Positions 1 to 8,040 of a stretch of DNA of 11,008 nucleotides are shown piece after piece; positions within the stretch are counted from its first letter, which is position 1, and every line of letters starts with the position of its first letter. Both the position numbers and the translations under genes were made by a program. The DNA comes from Elusimicrobiota bacterium. Its GTDB lineage: Bacteria > Elusimicrobiota > Elusimicrobia > Elusimicrobiales > UBA9959. The DNA is taken from positions 1-11,008 of the forward strand of contig DAIENX010000096.1 of assembly GCA_027340875.1 (NCBI GenBank). Reading direction: 5' to 3'. Below the pieces are notes generated by a model. That model searched no databases, was not told the DNA's origin, and saw only the letters and a program-made list of their open reading frames with translations.

Positions 1-1
1 C

Positions 2-304
2 ACGATAGGCGGCCTGAAGGGCGTGGTGGAGTTCAGGGGCACGGCCACCGGTAAAGGCCAGGGCATAGAGGGCACCATCAACATCTGGCTATCCATCTTC
101 CGCTACATGAGGCCGGACGGAACGGTGGACCACGTGGCCGGCTGGAACATCGCGCAGGCGCTGAAGCCGGGCATGACGGCCCTGCAGACCGCTATAGCTT
201 TCGAGACCTACATCAACGCGGCTACCAGGCCGTACCAGGCCAAAGCCTACGGAGACGACGGGCACGCCGCGCTGGCCATCACCTACAAGGCGGCGGGCAA
301 ATAA
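2..304 (+). CDS. Hypothetical protein, probably 5'-truncated by the window edge
   Basis: The frame of ORF 23..304 is open back to position 2 (ACG ATA GGC GGC CTG AAG GGC GTG...), so the real start may lie upstream of the window. Third codon positions are GC-rich like the neighbouring genes. The stop TAA (302-304) overlaps the next ATG (304-306). No motif recognised. Confidence 0.7.
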   Translation, partial: TIGGLKGVVEFRGTATGKGQGIEGTINIWLSIFRYMRPDGTVDHVAGWNIAQALKPGMTALQTAIAFETYINAATRPYQAKAYGDDGHAALAITYKAAGK

Positions 305-819
305 TGCGCTCGCCGCGGGTCACAGTAGTCCGCGACCTTATGCAGAAGGGCTACCGTTACGAGCTCGCGGCCCGTACCGGCAGGGACTTCGATCCGCGCT
401 TCAAGCCGGAACTTACGCCGGCCCAGATGCTGAGGCTGGGAGTGTTCGGCGGCAAATATCTGACGGACTGCCGCCGGGAATTTCCCGCCTCCTGGTTCCG
501 CGCCGCCAAGCTCTCCGCCACGGGGCGGCACGAGGCCTCGCTGAACTATTTCAAGGTCAACGCCAGCCAGCCGCTCGCCGAGTGGCGCCGCAAGGGCTGG
601 ATACACCCTGTCGATCCGCGCGGCTGGTTCCAGTGGTACTGCCGCTACTACCTGGGGCGGCGCATTCCCGACGTGGACGCGGTGCAGATACGCCGCTGGC
701 TGGGCATACGCCGTCATATCGCCCAGCTGCGCCGACACTGCGCGCCGGGGGACCGGACCTGCCGGCCGGTGCAGCGCCAGGCGCTGCTGCACTGGGCCTA
801 CGACTCCCGCCGGCTCTGA
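304..819 (+). CDS. Conserved hypothetical protein, 171 aa, basic and aromatic-rich, function unknown
   Basis: Motifs F-x-PELTP-x-QML-x-LGVFGGKY, DPRGWFQWYCRYY-x-GRR, D-x-x-QI-x-RW and RQALLHWAYD match, from memory, a widespread uncharacterised family. TAATG stop/start overlap with the upstream ORF. Confidence 0.85.
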   Translation: MRSPRVTVVRDLMQKGYRYELAARTGRDFDPRFKPELTPAQMLRLGVFGGKYLTDCRREFPASWFRAAKLSATGRHEASLNYFKVNASQPLAEWRRKGWIHPVDPRGWFQWYCRYYLGRRIPDVDAVQIRRWLGIRRHIAQLRRHCAPGDRTCRPVQRQALLHWAYDSRRL

Positions 820-825
820 AACCTG

Positions 826-854
826 TTGAAATGCGCGGTGTTAATGATTAGAAT
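826..854 (+). promoter_or_regulatory. Putative sigma70 promoter for pgm
   Basis: TTGAAA (826-831), 17-bp spacer, TAGAAT (849-854), in an AT-rich intergenic stretch. SD-like AGGGGAG at 871-877 precedes ATG 882. Confidence 0.65.
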
Positions 855-881
855 TTAAAAAACTTCGCCAAGGGGAGAAAG

Positions 882-2510
<1,629 letters not shown>

Positions 2511-2567
2511 AAGAGCCGCGGCGGATCACGGATCAGATCGGGGTACTTTAATACGGGAGGGTAAAGC

Positions 2568-2981
2568 ATGAAGAAACTTACGGCATTGCTGCTGCTGGGA
2601 CTGCCGGCCGGGGGCTGGGCGATGGGCATGGGCTGGGGAGGAGGGGGATACCACTGGGGATATCCGCCTCCTGCCGCCGGTCACTTCGCCGCCGTGCTCT
2701 ACGGCCTGCTGGCCGCGCTGGGCTACTGGGTGCTGCAGCACGGCGCTAAGCAGGAGAAGAAGTGCGCGATGTACGGCGGGCACATCGTAGGCTGGGTGCT
2801 GATCGTAGTAGGGCTGCTGGGCCTGCTCTGCGGCGCCATGAGCCACGCCAGGAGGAGCTACCGCTGCTGCGATGAGCGCCCCGGCTGGAACATGCAGGTG
2901 GAGGAGCAGGGGGGCAAGTCCGGCGAAGAGCGCACGGTGAAGGTGCAGGTGAAAGCGGAAAAGAAAGCGCCGGGCAAATAG
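2568..2981 (+). CDS. Small hypothetical membrane protein with N-terminal signal peptide and two predicted TM helices
   Basis: SD GGGAGG at 2555-2560. MKKLTALLLLGLPAGGWA resembles a Sec signal peptide. Hydrophobic segments FAAVLYGLLAALGYWVL and IVGWVLIVVGLLGLLCGAM. Followed by a terminator hairpin. Confidence 0.75.
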   Translation: MKKLTALLLLGLPAGGWAMGMGWGGGGYHWGYPPPAAGHFAAVLYGLLAALGYWVLQHGAKQEKKCAMYGGHIVGWVLIVVGLLGLLCGAMSHARRSYRCCDERPGWNMQVEEQGGKSGEERTVKVQVKAEKKAPGK

Positions 2982-2998
2982 CCCGGCGCAGCCGCAGC

Positions 2999-3029
2999 GA
3001 AGGCCGCCCACCGGGCGGCCTTCTTATTT
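2999..3029. terminator. Intrinsic terminator hairpin between converging genes, possibly bidirectional
   Basis: Perfect 11-bp inverted repeat GAAGGCCGCCC (2999-3009), loop ACC, GGGCGGCCTTC (3013-3023), then TTATTT on the + strand. It lies between the stops at 2981 (+) and 3024 (-). The U-tract on the minus strand is weak. Confidence 0.8.
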
Positions 3030-3839
3030 CCCGGCGGCGGCCAGCACCGCGTCGAGCGCGGCCCTGATGGCGGCGGAAGGGGGCGAGGAGGGGTTGTCCA
3101 GCGCGTAGAAGCGGCCCGCGTCCCCGGCGTCCACCATAGCGGGGTCGAACGGCACGCTCCCGAGGAAAGGCACGCCGGTCTCGCGCGCGGCCTGCTCCCC
3201 GCCGCCGGTCTTGAACAGGTTTATCTCGCCCGAGCAGTGGGGGCAGCGGAAAGCGGTCATGTTCTCGAGTATGCCCAGCACGGGGATGCCCACCGTCTTC
3301 AGGAAGTTGACGGCCTTGCGGGAATCCAGCAGGGCCACCGCCTGGCCGGTGGTGACCACCACGGCGCCGGTCATCTCCGGTATCAGCTGGCAGATGGTGA
3401 GCGGCTCGTCCCCGGTGCCGGGGGGGGCGTCTATCACGAGCGCGTCCAGGTCGCCCCAGTTCACGTCGGAAAGGAACTGCTTGACCACGCCCATCTTCAG
3501 CGCGCCGCGCCAGATCACCGGGGTGTCGGTGGCGCTCATCAGCGTGGCCATCGAGATCATCTTCAGGTTGGGCGCAGCCTCGAGCGGCTCTATGCTCTGC
3601 CCGTCGGAGGAGTGCGCGCGGCCTTCCTGGCCGGTCATGCGGGCGGCGGAAGGGCCGTGTATGTCTATGTCCAGCAGGCCGGTGCGCTGCCCGGAGGCGG
3701 CCAGCAGCGCGGCGAAGTTCACGGCTATGGTGCTCTTGCCCACCCCTCCCTTGTTGCTCATCACCAGGAACTTCTTCCCGATGCGGGCCATCTTCTCCTT
3801 CACCAGCGATTCCCTGTGGTCGATATGTACCTTGTGCAT
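3024..3839 (-). CDS. apbC: Mrp/ApbC/NBP35 family Fe-S cluster carrier ATPase, 271 aa
   Basis: Deviant Walker A KGGVGKST, DIDIHGPS, VIWRG, D-x-PPGTGD, ENM and bridging-cluster CPHC motif. Start moved from the ORF-track 3926 to ATG 3839 because an SD (AAGGAG, read as CTCCTT at 3845-3850 on +) precedes it and the longer ORF runs through the promoter island. Confidence 0.93.
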   Translation of the reverse strand: MHKVHIDHRESLVKEKMARIGKKFLVMSNKGGVGKSTIAVNFAALLAASGQRTGLLDIDIHGPSAARMTGQEGRAHSSDGQSIEPLEAAPNLKMISMATLMSATDTPVIWRGALKMGVVKQFLSDVNWGDLDALVIDAPPGTGDEPLTICQLIPEMTGAVVVTTGQAVALLDSRKAVNFLKTVGIPVLGILENMTAFRCPHCSGEINLFKTGGGEQAARETGVPFLGSVPFDPAMVDAGDAGRFYALDNPSSPPSAAIRAALDAVLAAAGK

Positions 3840-3878
3840 CGCGTCTCCTTGGGACCGGACTGCGCCCGGCCGACAGCC

Positions 3879-3915
3879 ATAATATATTAATTTTGTTATA
3901 ATATTTGAAAATTTA
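3879..3915. promoter_or_regulatory. AT-rich divergent promoter region with an extended -10 for the lysine operon
   Basis: About 37 bp of almost pure A/T in a GC-rich context between the divergent starts 3839 (-) and 3962 (+). TGnTATAAT at 3894-3902 on +. TATTAT/TATAAC-like hexamers on the minus strand. Confidence 0.7.
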
Positions 3916-3961
3916 GCGCCGCGCACGGCGGCGCGCGCCGCGGGAGATCCAGAGGACCTGC

Positions 3962-4783
3962 ATGCCGAACAAGATGATAATCACCTGCGCCCTAACCGGC
4001 GCCGAGACCACTAAGGAGCACCAGCCCGCGCTGCCGGTCACTCCCGAAGAGCTGGCGGCCTCGGCCGAGGAGGCCTGCCGCGCCGGGGCGGCCATAGTCC
4101 ACCTGCACGTCCGCAACGACGACGGCTCGCCTACCGCGGACGTCAAGGTGTTCAAGAAGGCCATAGACCTCATCCGCAAGCGCAGCGACGTGGTGGTGGA
4201 GATCACCACCGGCGGGGCGGTAGGCATGACCCCGGAGGAGAGGATAGCCCCGGTAGCGCTGGGACCCGATATGGCCTCGCTGGACTGCGGCACCGTCAAC
4301 TTCGGCAACGACTACATCGTGAACACGCTGCCGATCATGCGCCAGTTCGCCAGCGAGATGAACCGCCACAAGGTCCGCCCCACGCTGGAATGCTTCGACG
4401 TAAGCCACGTCCAGTCGTCGCATATCCTGATAAAGGAGGGCCTGCTGAAGCCGCCCTTCCATTACGGCTTCGTGATGCAGGTGCCGGCGGCCCTGTCCCT
4501 TTCCCCGAAGACCCTCTCGTACATGATGGACCAGATGCCGGCCGACAGCCATTTCACGCTGATGGGCATAGGCAGGGCCCACCTGCCGGCCATCTGCCTG
4601 GCGATAGCCTCGGGCGGCTATATCCGCGTCGGCTTCGAGGACAACATCTATTACGCGAAAGGGCGGCTGGCCAGGTCCAACGCCGAGTTCGTGGAGCGGG
4701 CGGTCAGGATGTCGAAGGAAGCCCAGCTCGAGATAGCGACCCCGTCCGACGTCAGGGCCCTGTTCGGCCTGCGCGGCGCATAA
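3962..4783 (+). CDS. kce: 3-keto-5-aminohexanoate cleavage enzyme (BKACE/DUF849 family)
   Basis: IITCALTGAE N-terminus, Zn-binding HLH (AIVHLHVR), TTGG, SLDCGTVNFG, RVGFEDN. SD AGAGGA at 3951-3956. Adjacent to kdd and kamA. Confidence 0.92.
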   Translation: MPNKMIITCALTGAETTKEHQPALPVTPEELAASAEEACRAGAAIVHLHVRNDDGSPTADVKVFKKAIDLIRKRSDVVVEITTGGAVGMTPEERIAPVALGPDMASLDCGTVNFGNDYIVNTLPIMRQFASEMNRHKVRPTLECFDVSHVQSSHILIKEGLLKPPFHYGFVMQVPAALSLSPKTLSYMMDQMPADSHFTLMGIGRAHLPAICLAIASGGYIRVGFEDNIYYAKGRLARSNAEFVERAVRMSKEAQLEIATPSDVRALFGLRGA

Positions 4784-4799
4784 CGCAACGGAGGAAACG

Positions 4800-5849
4800 A
4801 TGAAGATACTCAAGAACGGCAACCCTTTCGGGTCCCACCGGGTGCTGGAGCCCAAGGGCGTGCTGCCGCAGCCGGCCCTCAGGATCTCCAACGACATGGA
4901 AACTATCTACGACAACGAGATACTCGTTGACGTGGAGACGCTCAACATCGACTCGGCCTCTTTCGCGCAGATCAAGACGGCGGTCAGCGGCGACGAGAAG
5001 AAGGTGGAGGAAGCCATCCTGAAGATCGTCGGGGACCGCGGCAAGATGCAGAACCCCATCACCGGCTCCGGCGGCATGTTCATCGGCAAGGTGGCCATGG
5101 TGGGCCCGGCGCTGGACGGCAGGACCGACCTGAAGGCGGGGGACAAGATAGCCAGCCTCGTCTCGCTCTCGCTGACGCCGCTGCGGATAGACAAGATGCT
5201 GGGGATCAAGCCCGGCACCGAGCAGGTCAACGTCAAAGGCAAGGCCATACTCTTCGAGTCGGGCATCTACGCCAAGCTGCCGGCCGACCTCCCCGAGACG
5301 CTGGCGCTCGCCGTCCTGGACGTGGCCGGAGCTCCCGCCCAGACCGCTAAGCTGGTCAAGCCGGGGCAGACCGTGGTCATCATTGGCGCGGCCGGCAAAT
5401 CCGGAGTGCTGTGCTCCTACGAGGCGCGGCGCCGCGCCGGCGTGACCGGCAGGGTGATAGGCCTGGAATACTCGCCCGAGGCCGTCAAGAGGATAAAGAA
5501 CTACGGCTTCTGCCACGAGGCCGTGCAGGCCAACGCGGCCGACGCCCCCGACTGCTACGCCAAGGTCGCCGCGCTCACCGGAGGGAAGCTCGCCGACGTG
5601 GTGATCAACTGCGTCAACGTGCAGAACACCGAGATGGCCTCCATCCTGATGTGCAAGGACGAGGGCACCGTCTACTTCTTCAGCATGGCGACCTCCTTCA
5701 CGAAGGCCGCGCTGGGCGCGGAAGGGGTGGGTAAGGACGTGACTATGGTCATCGGCAACGGCTACACGAAGGGCCACGCCGAGGTGACGCTGAACATTCT
5801 GCGGGAAAGCCAGACGATACGCAAGGCCTACGAGAAGCTGTACGCCTGA
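4800..5849 (+). CDS. kdd: L-erythro-3,5-diaminohexanoate dehydrogenase
   Basis: G-x-HRVLEPKGVLPQPA, LNIDSASF, RGKMQNPITGSGGM, LVSLSLTPL, LDVAGAP, Rossmann GAAGKSG, FFSMATSF, IGNGY. SD GGAGG at 4790-4794. Confidence 0.95.
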   Translation: MKILKNGNPFGSHRVLEPKGVLPQPALRISNDMETIYDNEILVDVETLNIDSASFAQIKTAVSGDEKKVEEAILKIVGDRGKMQNPITGSGGMFIGKVAMVGPALDGRTDLKAGDKIASLVSLSLTPLRIDKMLGIKPGTEQVNVKGKAILFESGIYAKLPADLPETLALAVLDVAGAPAQTAKLVKPGQTVVIIGAAGKSGVLCSYEARRRAGVTGRVIGLEYSPEAVKRIKNYGFCHEAVQANAADAPDCYAKVAALTGGKLADVVINCVNVQNTEMASILMCKDEGTVYFFSMATSFTKAALGAEGVGKDVTMVIGNGYTKGHAEVTLNILRESQTIRKAYEKLYA

Positions 5850-5865
5850 GCCGGGAGGAAACAAC

Positions 5866-7134
5866 ATGCGCGACTACCCCAAAGTACACTACCGGAAGAT
5901 ACCCCTCTGGAAGAACGTCCCCGAGAGCGACTGGAACAGCTACCAGTGGCAGCTGAAGAACGTGATCAAGGACATCCCGACGCTGGAGAAGGTGGCCGTG
6001 CTGGCGCCGCAGGAAAAGAAGGACCTGCAGGCCTGCCTGAAGAAGTTCACGATGGCCATCACCCCATACTACGCGGCCCTGATGGACAAGAAGGATAAGG
6101 GCTGCCCGGTGCGCCTGCAGGCCATCCCGCGCGGACTCGAGCTCGAGACCGATACGTCCGACCTCTCCGACCCGCTGCACGAGGATGTCGATTCTCCGGT
6201 CCCTGGCCTGACGCACCGCTACCCGGACCGCGTGCTGCTCTTGGTCACCAACATCTGCTCGATGAACTGCCGCCACTGCACGCGCAGGCGCCTGGTCGGC
6301 TTCGAGGACGTGCACATGTCGTCGGCCGACATAGACAAGGCGATAGAGTACATCCGCAAGACCACCGAGGTACGCGACGTGCTGATCTCCGGCGGCGACC
6401 CGCTGGTGCTGACGGACGATATGCTCGAGGGGATCATCGCCAAACTCCGCGCGATAGACCACGTCGAGATCATCCGCATAGGCACCCGCATGCCGGTAGT
6501 GCTCCCGATGCGCATCACCGACAAGCTCGTGGCCATGCTCAGGAAGTACCACCCGATCTACGTCAACACGCACTACAACCACCCGAAGGAACTGACGGCG
6601 GAGGCGCGCGAGGCCTGCCGGAAACTGGCCGACGCGGGCATACCGCTGGGCAACCAGAGCGTGCTGCTGCGCGGCATCAACGACTGCCCGCAGACGATGA
6701 AGAAGCTCGTACACGAGCTGCTGATGGCCCGCGTGAAGCCGTACTACATCTACCAGTGCGACCTCTCCGTCGGCATCAGCCACTTCCGCACCTCCGTGTC
6801 CAAAGGCGTGGAGATCATAGAGAACCTGCGCGGCCACACCACCGGGATGGCCGTCCCTACGTTCGTTGTGGACGCCCCCGGCGGCGGCGGCAAAACCCCG
6901 GTGATGCCGGACTACCTGATCTCGCAGAACGGCAGGCGCGTGGTGCTGCGCAACTATGAGGGAGTGATCACCACCTACACCGAACCGGAAGGCTACGTGG
7001 CCAGCCACGACAATTGTTGGTACTGCGGCGACGACAGGTACAAGCCGATAGACGGCGTGGCGAAGCTCCTTAACGGGGGCAAGCTGACGCTCGAGCCGGC
7101 AAACCTGATGAGGACGCGCCGGCACCGGAAATAG
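5866..7134 (+). CDS. kamA: L-lysine 2,3-aminomutase (radical SAM, PLP)
   Basis: W-x-WQLKN, DPLHED, LTHRYPDRVL, CxxxCxxC (CSMNCRHCTRRR), SGGDPL, NQSVLLRGIND, PLP-lysine motif DAPGGGGK, LRNYEG. SD GGGAGG at 5853-5858. Full 422 aa with the C-terminal extension. Operon context excludes EpmB. Confidence 0.96.
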   Translation: MRDYPKVHYRKIPLWKNVPESDWNSYQWQLKNVIKDIPTLEKVAVLAPQEKKDLQACLKKFTMAITPYYAALMDKKDKGCPVRLQAIPRGLELETDTSDLSDPLHEDVDSPVPGLTHRYPDRVLLLVTNICSMNCRHCTRRRLVGFEDVHMSSADIDKAIEYIRKTTEVRDVLISGGDPLVLTDDMLEGIIAKLRAIDHVEIIRIGTRMPVVLPMRITDKLVAMLRKYHPIYVNTHYNHPKELTAEAREACRKLADAGIPLGNQSVLLRGINDCPQTMKKLVHELLMARVKPYYIYQCDLSVGISHFRTSVSKGVEIIENLRGHTTGMAVPTFVVDAPGGGGKTPVMPDYLISQNGRRVVLRNYEGVITTYTEPEGYVASHDNCWYCGDDRYKPIDGVAKLLNGGKLTLEPANLMRTRRHRK

Positions 7135-7144
7135 AGAGGACCGG

Positions 7145-7169
7145 GGCCGGAGCGCCCGCGCACCCGGCC
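7145..7169 (+). other. GC-rich intercistronic stem-loop between kamA and kamB
   Basis: GGCCGG (7145-7150) pairs with CCGGCC (7164-7169); inner GCG (7152-7154) pairs with CGC (7159-7161) around loop CCCG. No U-tract follows. Confidence 0.5.
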
Positions 7170-7173
7170 GCAT

Positions 7174-8040
7174 ATGGATTTCATCAAGGGCCTAAAGGAC
7201 AGGACCGTCTTCATAGTCGGCTCGAAGAAGAACGCCGGCAAGACCACGTTCCTCAACTACGCGATGAGCCGCCTGAGGGGGACCTCGCCTCTCGGCGCGC
7301 TGAGCGTCGGCATCGACGGCGAGTCCGCCGACCTGGTGTTCGGCAATCCGAAACCCCAGCTGAGGGCGGAGAAAGGCGACCTGCTGCTCTGCTCCGAGAC
7401 GGCGCTGGCCGCGGCAGACCTGCACTGCGAGATCCTCAACGTCTATCCGTTCCGCACGTCGATAGGCCGGCCGGTGCTGGTAAGGGCGCTCCGGCCCGGC
7501 AGGGCCGAGATCTCCGGGCCGGAGAACAACGCGCAGCTGGCGGAGGTCCTGGCCGACATGAGGCGCCACGGCGCCGGCACCGTCTTCGTGGACGGGGCGG
7601 TGGACCGGATCACCCAGGTGGCGGCCGCCGGCAAGGCCTGCTTCGTCTACGTGGCCAGGATAGAGCCGGAGAACCTGGATTCAGGGGCGGCCGCGCTCAG
7701 GCTGATCTGGGACGCGGCCTCCGTCCCGCTGTGCCGGGCGGGCGAGAAGCTACAGGAGCCCGTCATGATAATCGACGGGGCTCTGACGCCGGGCAGGCTG
7801 CCCGGCAGGGACGCCAGGAAGGGAACGCTGGTGATAGAGGACTTCACCAAGTTCTTCCTGGGCTGGCAGCAGTGGTCCGAGCTACGCTCCCGCTTCGAGG
7901 TGAGGTTCGCCTCGCGCACGGAGCCGGCGGCCTTCGTGGTGAACCTTTTCAACGTGACAAGGGCCGACTTCGAGAAGAAGCTGGCCGCGCCCGCGCTCGC
8001 TGCGCGGCTGGTATACAACCCCTATAAGGCGGGGAAATGA
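7174..8040 (+). CDS. kamB: KamB-like P-loop protein, putative component of the lysine 5,6-aminomutase reactivating factor
   Basis: N-terminal IVGSKKNAGKTT, S-x-G-x-DGE, KP and VDGAVDR motifs. Occupies the position between kamA and the MutS-like gene, as in known kamABCDE clusters. The symbol rests largely on synteny. Confidence 0.75.
   Translation: MDFIKGLKDRTVFIVGSKKNAGKTTFLNYAMSRLRGTSPLGALSVGIDGESADLVFGNPKPQLRAEKGDLLLCSETALAAADLHCEILNVYPFRTSIGRPVLVRALRPGRAEISGPENNAQLAEVLADMRRHGAGTVFVDGAVDRITQVAAAGKACFVYVARIEPENLDSGAAALRLIWDAASVPLCRAGEKLQEPVMIIDGALTPGRLPGRDARKGTLVIEDFTKFFLGWQQWSELRSRFEVRFASRTEPAAFVVNLFNVTRADFEKKLAAPALAARLVYNPYKAGK

Noticed and set aside
3840..3926. 29-aa N-terminal extension of ApbC given by the ORF track
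   Set aside because: It crosses the AT-rich promoter island. ATG 3839 has a good SD and gives a typical family length.
3903..3961. Lysine or cobalamin riboswitch ahead of the operon
   Set aside because: The leader after the -10 is under 60 nt, far too short for either aptamer, and no conserved aptamer motifs are visible.
4202..4216. Kce ITTGG where characterised Kce has STGG, as a sign of changed substrate
   Set aside because: Conservative Ser-to-Thr change. TGAE, HxH, T-x-N and R-x-G-x-ED are retained, and the operon supplies the canonical substrate.
5866..7134. EpmB, AblA osmolyte pathway or glutamate 2,3-aminomutase
   Set aside because: No efp/epmA or ablB acetyltransferase in the window. 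kdd, kce and kamD neighbours indicate catabolic KamA.
7145..7169. Intrinsic terminator after kamA
   Set aside because: No U-tract follows the stem, and the downstream kam genes have no visible promoter of their own.
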